DNA of 64,000 nucleotides from an uncultured Acidobacteriota bacterium (lineage in GTDB: Bacteria; Acidobacteriota; Vicinamibacteria; Vicinamibacterales; CAVPJW01): positions 184,355 to 248,354 of the forward strand of contig CAVPJW010000007.1 in assembly GCA_963705525.1 (NCBI GenBank), given 5' to 3'. The translations under genes were made by a program, and so were the position numbers. Of the stretch, positions 35,142 to 45,300 are shown piece after piece. Every line of letters begins with the position of its first letter. The first letter of the stretch is position 1. A model generated the notes under the pieces. It worked only from the letters and a program-made list of their open reading frames with translations, did not search any database and had not been told where the DNA came from.

Positions 35142-36370
35142 ATCCTTCGTCTGTCGCCGACTCGCCCACGCTTGCTGACGTTCGAGCGCTCGAAGAACGG
35201 CACATCCTGCAGATCTATCGCCGTGCGGGTGTCGCCTTCGTGCGCGGCGCCGGAGCGCGCTTGTACGATACGGAGAACAAGGAGTATCTCGACTTCATCT
35301 CGGGAATCGGCGTGACGTCGCTCGGCCATGCGCATCCGGGACTGGCGGCGGCGATCGCGCAACAGGCAAAGGAGCTGTTGCACTGTTCGAATCTTTACTT
35401 CCATCCGCTTCAAGGTCGGGTTGCCGAGCGACTCGCCTCGCTCACGGGCCTGCCACGCGCATTTCTGTGTAACAGCGGCACAGAAGCGATCGAAGCCTGC
35501 CTCAAGTTCGTACGGCGGTTCTGGTACTCACGGGGCGATCACGCTCGACGCGATATCGTCGCGCTCGAAGGATCGTTCCACGGTCGCACGTACGGATCGC
35601 TTTCGGTAACGTGGGACGTACATTACCGACAACCATTCAGTCCGCTCCTCCCAGACGTCCACTTCGTGTCGCCCGGCAACCCATTGGCCATCCGCAGCGC
35701 CGTCACGTCCACGACGGCGGCGGTCATTCTCGAACCCATTCAGGGAGAAGGCGGCGTTCGTCCACTCTCGCCGGCATTCGCGCACGCCGTGCAGGACGCC
35801 TGTGATCGGCATGGAGCGCTCTTGATTGCCGACGAGGTGCAGAGCGGTCTGGGACGAACCGGGTCAGTTCTGTACTCGCCGAGGCTCGGACTAAAACCGA
35901 ACATTGTGGCGCTCGGCAAGGCGCTCGGAGGAGGCGTTCCGGTCGGCGCCGCACTGATGACCGACGACGTGGCCCAGACAATTTCGTTTGGCGACCATGG
36001 CACAACATACGGCGGGAACCTTCTGGCCTGCCGGGCGGCGCTCGTATTCCTCGATCTGCTCGCGGACGGCAGCCTGATCGAAAACGTCAGGCGTGTCGGC
36101 GCGGTGCTCGAATCGCGCCTCCGCAGCCTCGAAGGCCGCCACCCGCAGGTGACTGCGGTCCGGGGCGCCGGCCTCATGTGGGGCATCGAGCTCAATGCCG
36201 ACGCGACGCCCGTGATCGAGAAAGCTCTCACACGTGGACTGCTCGTCAATCGCACGAACCAGACGGTGGTTCGACTTCTACCGCCGCTGACCATCGAAGA
36301 GCCGGACCTCCATCGAGGGCTCGACATTCTCGAGGATGTGCTCGGCGACGTCGGGAGGCAATCGGCATGA
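35138..36370 (+). CDS. argD: Acetylornithine aminotransferase (class III)
   Basis: This is an internal ATG within the artefactually long ORF 34214..36370. VRGAGARLYDTENKEYLDFISGIGVTSLGHAHP, FLCNSGTEAIEA, LIADEVQSGLGRTG and ALGKALGGG (PLP lysine). Confidence 0.9.
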   Translation: MNPSSVADSPTLADVRALEERHILQIYRRAGVAFVRGAGARLYDTENKEYLDFISGIGVTSLGHAHPGLAAAIAQQAKELLHCSNLYFHPLQGRVAERLASLTGLPRAFLCNSGTEAIEACLKFVRRFWYSRGDHARRDIVALEGSFHGRTYGSLSVTWDVHYRQPFSPLLPDVHFVSPGNPLAIRSAVTSTTAAVILEPIQGEGGVRPLSPAFAHAVQDACDRHGALLIADEVQSGLGRTGSVLYSPRLGLKPNIVALGKALGGGVPVGAALMTDDVAQTISFGDHGTTYGGNLLACRAALVFLDLLADGSLIENVRRVGAVLESRLRSLEGRHPQVTAVRGAGLMWGIELNADATPVIEKALTRGLLVNRTNQTVVRLLPPLTIEEPDLHRGLDILEDVLGDVGRQSA

Positions 36371-36939
36371 ACGTACCCGCTCTCGCGAGCCCGGAGACCA
36401 GCACCAAGCGAGCCGCAAGGCCGTTCGAGCATCCGGGCCTGTCGCTCCGCAATGGCACCGTGGACGATGCTCCCGCCATTCATGCGCTGGTGCACCGATA
36501 CCTGGTCGAGGGCCATCTCCTACCGCGAACGCTGGGAGACGTCACACAGCACGCAGCTCGATTTCTCGTGGTGTACGAGCACGGCGGGCTCGTCGCATGC
36601 GGTGAGCTCGCGCCGCTCAGCCAGAGCGTCGCTGAAATTCGATCGCTCATCGTCGATCGGACCGCGCGCGACGTGGGTCTCGGACAGCTCATCGTCAACG
36701 AGATTGCCCGGCGCGCCGAGAACGAGGGCTTCCGCCAACTCTGCGCGTTCACCCACGGTCCTCGCTTCTTCAGCCGGCTCGGTTTTTCGATCGTTCCGCA
36801 TACGTGGCTGCCGGAGAAGATTGCCGCCGACTGCGTGTCGTGTCCCCTCTTCCGCAGATGCGGACAGTTCGCCATGCGTCGGGATCTGGACGCGGAGCGT
36901 CGTCGGGTCAGTAACGGAAACCGGATCCTCCTCGGATGA
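36367..36939 (+). CDS. Single-domain GNAT acetyltransferase (short N-acetylglutamate synthase-like)
   Basis: This is an internal ATG (overlapping the argD stop) of ORF 36178..36939. GNAT core: AEIRSLIVDRTARDVGLGQLIVNEI. C-terminal Cys cluster: ADCVSCPLFRRCGQ. It lies inside the arg operon. Confidence 0.7.
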   Translation: MNVPALASPETSTKRAARPFEHPGLSLRNGTVDDAPAIHALVHRYLVEGHLLPRTLGDVTQHAARFLVVYEHGGLVACGELAPLSQSVAEIRSLIVDRTARDVGLGQLIVNEIARRAENEGFRQLCAFTHGPRFFSRLGFSIVPHTWLPEKIAADCVSCPLFRRCGQFAMRRDLDAERRRVSNGNRILLG

Positions 36940-38162
36940 CGACAATCGGCGAGTGGATGACTCTCGACAAGGTTGAGGGCGGGGTTTCCGCCCCGTTGGG
37001 CTTCCGGGCCGCCGGCGTCGCCTGCGGGATCAAACGGGACCGGCTCGATCTTGCACTGCTCGTGGCGGACCGGCCGGCCAGCGCCGCTGGCGTGTTCACG
37101 ACCAATCGTGTTCAGGCGGCGCCCGTTCTGGTGTCACGGAGCCATCTCGAGCGATCGCGTGGCGTGGCGTCGGCCGTGATCGTCAACAGCGGGTGCGCAA
37201 ATGCCTGCACCGGCGAAGACGGCCTGACCGTTGCGCGCGAGACGACCAGAACCGTTGCCCAGGCGCTCGGATGTCCTGTCGAGCAGGTTCTGGTCGCCTC
37301 GACCGGCGTCATCGGCGTCGGTCTCGATCTGCACAAGATCAAACAGGGTGTGCCGATGGCCATCTCGCAGCTGACTCGAGAGGGGCACGCCGCCGCAGCC
37401 AAGGCCATCATGACGACCGACCCGGCACCCAAGGAGGCGGCGGCCAGGATCGACATCGCCGGCGGGACGTTCTCCATCGGCGGCATGGCCAAGGGTGCGG
37501 GCATGATCGAGCCGAACATGGCAACCATGCTCGCGTTCGTCACCACCGATGCGCAGGTACCGTCCGCTCTTCTTCAGCGAGCGCTCAATGAGGCCGTCGA
37601 TGAGTCGTTCAACGCCATTACGGTCGATGGTGATTGCTCGACGAACGATACCGTCATCGCGCTCGCCAGCGGCGCGAGCCCGGTTCGCATCGACGAGGCC
37701 GCCTATGGCGCCTTCGTGAACGGCCTGCAGTCGGTATGTCGAGAGCTGGCGCTTGCGATTGTCCGCGGGGGCGAGGGCGCGACGAAGCTGGTCCGCGTGG
37801 AAGTCGTCGGGGCCGGCTCTCAGGACGATGCCCGACGCGCGGCGCGCACGATTGCCAACTCCCTCCTGGTCAAGACTGCGATTCATGGAGGCGATCCGAA
37901 CTGGGGCCGGCTGCTCTCGGCAGCGGGGCGCTCCGGCGCAGACTTGCATCTGGCCGGAGCGGCGGTGAGCATCGGGTCGTCGGTGCTGTTCAGCGACGGG
38001 CGGCCTCACGATGAACTGGCCCCCATCGCGGCCGAATACCTCCAGCAACGCGACATTGATATTCGTGTCGATCTGGGGACCGGAGGCGGTCATCGAGCGA
38101 CTGTGTGGACCTGCGACCTCAGCGCCGACTACGTGCGAATCAACGCGGAGTATCGAACCTGA
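36936..38162 (+). CDS. argJ: Bifunctional glutamate N-acetyltransferase / amino-acid acetyltransferase
   Basis: GFRAAGVACGIK, NSGCANACTG, and MAKGAGMIEPNMATMLAFVTTDA (the autoprocessing ATML site). Confidence 0.92.
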   Translation: MTTIGEWMTLDKVEGGVSAPLGFRAAGVACGIKRDRLDLALLVADRPASAAGVFTTNRVQAAPVLVSRSHLERSRGVASAVIVNSGCANACTGEDGLTVARETTRTVAQALGCPVEQVLVASTGVIGVGLDLHKIKQGVPMAISQLTREGHAAAAKAIMTTDPAPKEAAARIDIAGGTFSIGGMAKGAGMIEPNMATMLAFVTTDAQVPSALLQRALNEAVDESFNAITVDGDCSTNDTVIALASGASPVRIDEAAYGAFVNGLQSVCRELALAIVRGGEGATKLVRVEVVGAGSQDDARRAARTIANSLLVKTAIHGGDPNWGRLLSAAGRSGADLHLAGAAVSIGSSVLFSDGRPHDELAPIAAEYLQQRDIDIRVDLGTGGGHRATVWTCDLSADYVRINAEYRT

Positions 38163-39130
38163 TGGCTACCACGCTCTCGATTCCGAGCGTCGCGACGCGG
38201 CGGTTCCTCTCGATTCTCGATTTCGCACCCGGAGAGCTCGACGACTGCCTCAGCCTGGCGTGCCGCCTCAAGCGGGAGCGGGCCGCGAAACGGAGGACCT
38301 CCACGTCTGGTGCGCTGGCGGGATCCACGGTAGGTATGGTGTTCGACAAGCCGTCGCTCAGAACCCGCACGACGTTCGAGATCGCCGTCCGTGAGCTGGG
38401 AGGCGAAATCGTTCACCTGCCGCCTGATCTGATGACCGGTGAGCGAGAGGCGGTGACCGACGTCGCCAGAAACCTCGAACGCTGGGTTGATGCCGTCGTC
38501 ATTCGCACGTCCACGCACCGACGCCTTGTGGATTTCAGTGAAGCCGCGCCACGGCTCCATGTCGTCAACGCGCTGACCGATGAACAGCACCCCTGCCAGG
38601 CGCTGGCGGATCTGATGACGCTCCGCGAGCGGTGGGGTTCGATTGCAGGGCGAACGGTTGCGTTCGTGGGCGACGGCAACAATGTCGCCGCATCGCTGGC
38701 GCACGCCGGATTGATGGCCGGGCTGACGGTCCACGTCGCCTCTCCCGAAGGTTATGAGCTTCCCCCGCAGGTCGTCGAAGCGGCCGAGGGGGTTCGAAGG
38801 CACGGTGCTCGGATCAGGCTGTTCAGAGAACCCGAAGACGCGGTAAGGGACGCAGACGCGGTTTACACCGACGTCTGGGCATCGATGGGTCAGGAAGGCG
38901 AGAGAGATCTGCGACGCTCGCGATTCGAAAAATACCAGGTGAATGAGGCGCTGATGGCGGAGGCACCGCCTGGCGCTCTCTTCATGCACTGCCTTCCGGC
39001 GCATCGGGGCGAGGAGGTCACCAGCGAGGTCATCGACGGACCTCGATCGGTCGCCCTCGACCAGGCCGAGAACCGGCTCCACACTGAGAAGGCGCTTCTC
39101 CTCATGCTCCTCCGGTCAGGTCTCGACTAG
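38162..39130 (+). CDS. argF: Ornithine carbamoyltransferase
   Basis: This is the internal ATG of ORF 38105..39130. FDKPSLRTRTTFE (the S.RTR carbamoyl-phosphate site), HPCQALADL, and HCLPAHRGEEV. Confidence 0.9.
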   Translation: MATTLSIPSVATRRFLSILDFAPGELDDCLSLACRLKRERAAKRRTSTSGALAGSTVGMVFDKPSLRTRTTFEIAVRELGGEIVHLPPDLMTGEREAVTDVARNLERWVDAVVIRTSTHRRLVDFSEAAPRLHVVNALTDEQHPCQALADLMTLRERWGSIAGRTVAFVGDGNNVAASLAHAGLMAGLTVHVASPEGYELPPQVVEAAEGVRRHGARIRLFREPEDAVRDADAVYTDVWASMGQEGERDLRRSRFEKYQVNEALMAEAPPGALFMHCLPAHRGEEVTSEVIDGPRSVALDQAENRLHTEKALLLMLLRSGLD

Positions 39131-39137
39131 CCGACGG

Positions 39138-40881
39138 TTGTACCGCTCGGCCCGGCGTAAGATAGGGATCTCGCGGCGGAGGTCCCCCATCGAGCCGAGA
39201 CCCTGGCTGAACCATTACGACTCGAACATCCGCACGGCGCTCGAGTACCCGGAGTGCCTCGTCTTCGACTACCTGACCGCCTCGGCGCGCAGCCGCCCGG
39301 GCCACCCGGCAATCATCTTCAAGGGCCGCCGAATCTCGTGCGGAGAGCTCGAGAGCCTGACCAACGCCTTCGCCGCCGCGCTCGTTGAGCTTGGCATCCA
39401 GAAGGGCGATCGCGTCGCCCTCCTCCTGCCGAACGCTCCGCAGTTCATGATTGCGGAGATCGGGGCATGGAAAGCCGGCGCCATCGTCGTGCCGCTCAAT
39501 CCGATTCATACCGAGCACGAGCTCGAAGGCCCGCTCGTCGACAGCGGCGCCGAGACCATCGTCGTCCTGACGCGGTTCTATGAGCGGATCAAGCGCTGCC
39601 AGCCCAGGACCCGTCTCCGGCGCGTCATTGCCACGAACATCAAGGAGTATCTCCCGCCCGTGCTCGGGCTGCTTTTCACCGTGGCCAAGGAGAAGAAAGA
39701 AGGACATCGCGTGGATCTGGCCGCGGACGATTGGTGGATGTCCGACCTTCTCGCACGGCATCGCGGCGCGGCACGCCCGAATGTGCTGGTGAGCCCTGAC
39801 GATCCGGCAGTCCTTCTGATGAGCGGTGGCACGACCGGTGTGCCGAAGGGCGTGCTCGGCGTGCACCGCGGCTTCGTGATGGCCGGAATGCAGCTGCACG
39901 AGTGGCTCAAGGAAGCGCTCGTCGATTGGGACGATTCTTTTCTGCTGCCTCTGCCGCTCTTCCATGTCTACGCGAACGTCGGGGTCCAGTCGTGCGCGCT
40001 CATTGGCCATCACCCGCTCGCGCTGGTGCCAAACCCGCGTGATCTCGACGATCTTCTCGCGACGATCAACCAGGTGCGCCCGGCGTTCTTCTGCGCCGTG
40101 CCGGCGCTCTTCGTGGCGATGCTCCAACACGAAGCCGTCGGCAAGGGGCGCATCGACTTTCGACCTATCAAGCTCTGCACGTCCGGCTCGGCGCCGCTCA
40201 TGGCCGAAACCAAGCGCCGGTTCGAGGACCTGACCGGCGCGCCCATCCTCGAGGGGTACTCGCTGACGGAAGCCATGATGGCGTGCACGCTCAATCCGGT
40301 CGCGGGCACGCGCAAACTCGGTTCGGTCGGCATGCCGCTGCCCGATGTCGAAGTCGCGATTGTCGATCCGGAGGACGATGGGACGCGGCTGCCAGCTGGT
40401 TCGGTCGGTGAAATCATTCTCAGGGCTCCGCAGAACATGCCGTCGGTACTGGCGGAATCCCGATGAGACGGCGCTCGTTCTTCGGCGTCACGACTCCGGC
40501 GCGCCGTGGCTTCACACCGGCGATCTGGGGAGCCTGGACGCGGACGGATATGTGACCATCGTCGATCGCAAGAAAGACCTCATCAAGACCAGCGGCTGTC
40601 AGGTGTGGCCGCGCGAAATCGAGGAAGTGATTGCCTCTCACCCTGCAGTCGCCGAAGTCGGCGTCGCCGGCGTGCCCGACGCGCTCAAGGGAGAAGTGGC
40701 GAAGGCGTGGGTGGTTCTCCGTACAGGCATGCAGGTGAGCGACGAAGAGCTCCGCGCCTTCTGCAGGGAACAGCTCGCCTCGTACAAGGTGCCGGCGCGG
40801 ATCGAATTCCGCGCGGAGCTGCCGAAGACGCTGGTGGGCAAAGTACTGAGGCGCGCCCTGGTCGCGTCCGAGCCCGCCTGA
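39138..40881 (+). pseudogene. Long-chain/medium-chain acyl-CoA ligase (AMP-binding family) interrupted by a +1 frameshift near 40440-40447
   Basis: ORF 39138..40466 carries LMSGGTTGVPKGV and GYSLTEA and ends GEIILRAPQNMPSVLAESR*. The +1 frame (ORF 40345..40881) continues YWRNPDETALVLR...WLHTGDLGSLDADGYVTIVDRKKDLIKTSG.QVWPREIEEV...YKVPARIEFRAELPKTLVGKVLRR. Together these form one normal adenylate-forming enzyme. Confidence 0.8.
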
Positions 40882-40899
40882 TCGCGCGCACTGTCGCGT

Positions 40900-41454
40900 T
40901 CAAGGAGTCGATCGTCTCGTGAAGCTGATCGGAGCGCCGTAGGCGCCCGCGTCGACCCTGGCACGCATCCACTCTCTGAACTCCCGGCTGGGGGCCGTGA
41001 TGACGACGTTCTGACGTTCGTCCAGCATCACCGGAAGTCCCAGGAGCCCCTTCTCGTCCATCGTCTTCAACGCCCAGTCGTAGTCGATCGGCGTTGCCAG
41101 CAGGCGCGCACCGCTCAACTCGATGCGGCAGAAGCCGTGGAGTGGTGCAAACAGCAGGCTCTGTTCCAGGCCGTACGCCGGCGTCACGTCCAGAAACCGC
41201 GTCCCTGCAACATCGCTGAGATAGCCCTTCAGGGAGATCGTCCCCGTCCTGTCGGTGTACTTGATGCGATACGAGCGCCACTCGCCCGGCTCGACCGTCG
41301 CGACGCCATTCGTCTCGGAACTGTCCCATGTTCCGATCAGCTGTTCCTCGTAGACGAGGGACTCCGGCTGGTAGAGCGGGTGGAAGGAGAGCACGAGGCA
41401 ACCCGAAGAACAGGCCCCGAGCACTGCGATCGCGAAGAGACACCTGCTGTGCAT
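40900..41454 (-). CDS. Lipoprotein, hypothetical
   Basis: This is the internal ATG of ORF 40900..41565. MHSRCLFAIAVLGACSSGC contains a lipobox (LGAC). I recognise no other motif. Confidence 0.55.
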   Translation of the reverse strand: MHSRCLFAIAVLGACSSGCLVLSFHPLYQPESLVYEEQLIGTWDSSETNGVATVEPGEWRSYRIKYTDRTGTISLKGYLSDVAGTRFLDVTPAYGLEQSLLFAPLHGFCRIELSGARLLATPIDYDWALKTMDEKGLLGLPVMLDERQNVVITAPSREFREWMRARVDAGAYGAPISFTRRSTP

Positions 41455-41589
41455 GCCTATTCCAGTCGCTGACCCTGTGTTCACGGAATTCAGATCCAGA
41501 CTGCAGTCGCCATCAGAAACGCAGTTACGTGGGACGGAAAGTTGGCGGTGTCGCCCCCTTCCCACCAGTCGAGCTACTCCGGCTCTCGC

Positions 41590-42360
41590 TCATTCTCGAG
41601 CCTGTCCAATCGCGACGACTCGGATTCCTGCCGCCTCGAGGCCGGCCCGGAGCTCAGACGCCAGCGCTCCAGCTCCCGGCGTGTCGCCGTGGACGCAGAT
41701 GGTGTCCGCCTCGAGCCGCAGGGTCGAGCCGTCCGTGGCCGTCACGACACCCGTTTGGACCATCTGCACGGCCCGGCTCACCACCGCATGCCGGTCGTGC
41801 AGCACCGCTCCTGGCTTGCGACGGGACGTCAGCGATCCATCCGGCTCGTACGCGCGATCGGCAAATACCTCTGCCGCCACCCGCAGGCCAGCGCCGCGCC
41901 CGGCGTTCAGAATCTCCGACCCTGGCAGCCCGAACAGAATGAGTGCCGGATCGACCGCCGCGACGGCACGCGCGATGGCGTCGGCCAGCGCGCGGTCCCC
42001 GACGGCCATGTTGAAGAGCGCGCCATGCGGCTTGACGTGCTGCAGACGAATACCTTCGGCTTGCGCCGCGGCGGCCAGCGCACCGATCTGATAGATCACG
42101 AGATCCTCGACCTCCGACGGTGTCGCGTTCAGTTCGCGCCGGCCGAATCCGACGAGGTCAGGGAATCCTGGGTGAACGCCTACGGCCACGCCCGCGTCGC
42201 GCGCGAGGCGCACGGTTTTGCGCATCACGGTCGGATCGCCGGCGTGAAACCCGCAAGCAATATTGGCCGAGGTGATGCTCTTCATCAGATCGGCATCGGC
42301 GCCGAGGCTATATGCGCCGAAGGACTCGCCCACGTCGGAATTGATGTCAATTCTCGTCAT
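41590..42360 (-). CDS. pxpA: LamB/YcsF family protein (5-oxoprolinase subunit A, PxpA)
   Basis: MTRIDINSDVGESFGAYSLG.D..L....TSANIACGFHAGDP is the hallmark N-terminus, followed by VGVHPGFPDL and VKPHGALFN. The start overlaps the stop of the upstream giant gene by 14 nt. Confidence 0.88.
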   Translation of the reverse strand: MTRIDINSDVGESFGAYSLGADADLMKSITSANIACGFHAGDPTVMRKTVRLARDAGVAVGVHPGFPDLVGFGRRELNATPSEVEDLVIYQIGALAAAAQAEGIRLQHVKPHGALFNMAVGDRALADAIARAVAAVDPALILFGLPGSEILNAGRGAGLRVAAEVFADRAYEPDGSLTSRRKPGAVLHDRHAVVSRAVQMVQTGVVTATDGSTLRLEADTICVHGDTPGAGALASELRAGLEAAGIRVVAIGQARE

Positions 42361-45300
42361 CGTCGTCAGAATCTTTGGGCGGACGCGCGCGACTCAGGCT
42401 CATGGTCACGCCACCGAAGAACTCGTCTGTCTTGCGATCGATCTTGTGACGGCCTTCGACCAGGTAGTCGAGCACCGCCGTGTCCCATGTCAGCCCAATG
42501 GCGGCGACCTTGGCGAGCCAGTCTCCCCTGGCTGTCTCGTCGGGGGCTTCAGTCGAGCCGTCCCAGATGGTGATGTTGGGCTGGCGGGTCATGAAGTCCG
42601 CAGCCTTCGGATCGGCGCGGTCACCCTTGATGGCGCTGTACATCAGCACGCCGTTGGTGAAGTCGAGCTTGAAGTTGCGTTGGTCCCACTGGAACGTATA
42701 ACGCCGGTATCGATCGTACGCCCGCGCGTTCAACGACGTGGCTTCCGGCGACGCGTTGATCCGATCGGTAATCAGCTGCCGTATTTTGAACTGCTCACGC
42801 TTGTGGCGGGGATATTTCGGATCGTCCAAGTAGCTGAAGTAAGGCATCCACCAGCCCCGCATCGACCAGTAGTCGCGCGTCTCCACGACGCGGTTCCGCA
42901 CCCAGGCCGCGTATTCGGAGAAGAGCTGTACCCATTCGTGCGAAGGATACCCGTGCGGGTTGAGAAAGATATCCGGCAGCCACGCGCGCCAGATGTCGGG
43001 CCGGACTCGAGATTCCGGGTAGAGAGGATCAGGGTCCCATTGAGCCGCCGTAACATCAACGCCGAGAGACCCGAGATAACCGGCGTGCAGCATGAAATCA
43101 GGCGTGACCTTGAAGAGGTCGTACGCCAGCTGCGCGCCATCGGGGTTGGTGATCGGGTGAATGACCACATTCACCTTGCGGAGCTTCTCCTTGAACGCAG
43201 GATCCGTGAGCAGCAGCTCGCCGAGCCGGAGGACGTGACTCGTCGACGACACTTCATTCGCATGCTGCCTGGCCGAATACACGATGGTTGGTTTGAGCGT
43301 CGTCGCCTTGAACTGCGACCAGTGCGTGGCTGACACCGGCGGCATCAAGTCCATCGCCCAGATGTCCTGATCGAGATAGCTTCGCCCAACTCTGTACACG
43401 TGAGCTTCGGGAAAGGTGGACATGCGCGCCAGAATTTCGGCCGCTTCTCCTGGCGGGATTGGCGTCGCCCACTGCACGAGGCGTTCACCTTGATAGCCAT
43501 AGCCGGACGGCAGCAACTTCCGAATGTCGGGCGCGTCGGCTGGCATTCCATTGGGCTCGAGGTCGCAGATGAGTTCAGCGGCGGGATTCGAATCGTGCTC
43601 CCACGCGGCCACGACCCGCAACGCCCTCAGGCCGGGGAAGGCCATCGCGTCGCGGTAGAGGCCGGCGGCTCGCAGTCGCCCAAGAATCGAGAGCACGTCA
43701 CGGACCTGCGCGGCCGACAGCATCTCACGGTCCACTTCCCTCTCGGTCGTCCGCTTGATCAGCTCGCCGCGCTCGTCCTTCTCGGTGTCCACTTTCACGC
43801 GAAGCTCGAGGCGGTCGAGCCCGGAGCGCGCCGCGTTGACCACGGCTCCGAGCGCCATCGGACGATCGACCGCAATTTTCTGCACATCGCGCCTCAGTCG
43901 CGCCTCTGATTGGCCGGCCGCCCGATAATCGATCGTGACCGACGGACGGGCCACATCGAACGCCGTCACCGTAATGCGGGCATGGCCACGCTTTCCGTCG
44001 GCCTTCGGGTGCATGATGGGAATCACGCGACCGGGATAGGCAAGAGCGGGACCCCGGACGAACCGCCCGAAGACATCGAAGAAATGCAGCGTGTTGAAAT
44101 ACAGCTCTTCGTGGACTGCTTCGAGCGACGAGATCTGCTCCTCGTCGATCCCGATGCGGTAGTCAGGCTCGCTGAGCGTCAAGTCGACTTTCAGCTCGCC
44201 AAAGAACGGCGCCTCGTCGGCTCGCGGCTTCCCTTCGGCGACGGCCATGACATGGTCGTACAGCGCAGGCAGCGTTTGCCCCTGAAAGTGATCCCAGAAG
44301 CGCTCGACGTCGGTCACTATCCGCTGATCAACGACCGTCGCTGACGCAACACGCCCCGTTATCCACCCCGTCGTGACACGAACCTTTTCGTAGTCGGGAA
44401 AGCGATCGAAGAACGGCCGGATGACGAACTTGGGATCGAACGTTCCGTGGAAAAGCACTGCGCCGGCAGCCGACGTCGCCGTGACGTCGTACGCGGACGA
44501 TCCCTTTGCGGCCATCTCGAGCTGAACCTGTTTCACCCCGAGGCCGAGATCCCGCGCCAGGATTTCATCGATGGGATAGATCTCCAGGAGCCACCGCGTC
44601 GGAGCGTACGTCCCCTGGAAACGCCACTCGGGCGGCGGCCCGATCTCGGCGCACTTGATAGTGATCCGATCGACAGGCGTTCCGCTGAGCGCGGGCCGGA
44701 CGACATCGTTCAGCCAGCTGTATCCCTGCTTGTAGGCCGAAAGGATGGTGACGGACAGATCTCGTTCGTTTGCGCCGGCCCGTACGAAAGCGGCACGCAC
44801 TTCTGATTCCAGGCGTGCCCGCACTTCCGGTGGCTCGCTCAGTCTCGCCTCGAGCTGGACCGCCTTCCCCTTCTTGACAGCCGGCAGGACACGCGATCGA
44901 ACCAACGTCCAGAAGTCATCCACTTCTGAAGGAATGTCGAGCTCTTCCTCGATGATCGCCCGACCCTTCCGCACATCCAGATCCTGAAGGCTCACAACGA
45001 TCTTGGGGGCTCGAATGCTTTTTTCGACCTCGCGGCGCAGAAAATCACGCAGTCCGGGATCGGCGTCCTTGACGTAGAACCTGACATCGGCCGTCTCGAG
45101 CTCTTTGCCCCTGAGCTCGGACGCGAGCTGATCAAACTTGTAGATCGCGGTCGCAGCCTGCCCCGCCGGTGTTCTCGCGCCGAGCGTTCGGCGCAACTCG
45201 TCGGCCACATCGCCAATCGTTCGGCGATCCTTGCCGCGTTCCCAGATATGCGGAAATCGTTCCGCAACCTGACTGACACCCCGTTCGAGTCCAGCTCGGT

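Noticed and set aside
40431-40466. Programmed ribosomal frameshifting in the acyl-CoA ligase.
   Set aside because: There is no slippery X-XXY-YYZ heptamer, rare-codon or stop-codon pause, or downstream pseudoknot. An indel or pseudogene is the simpler explanation.
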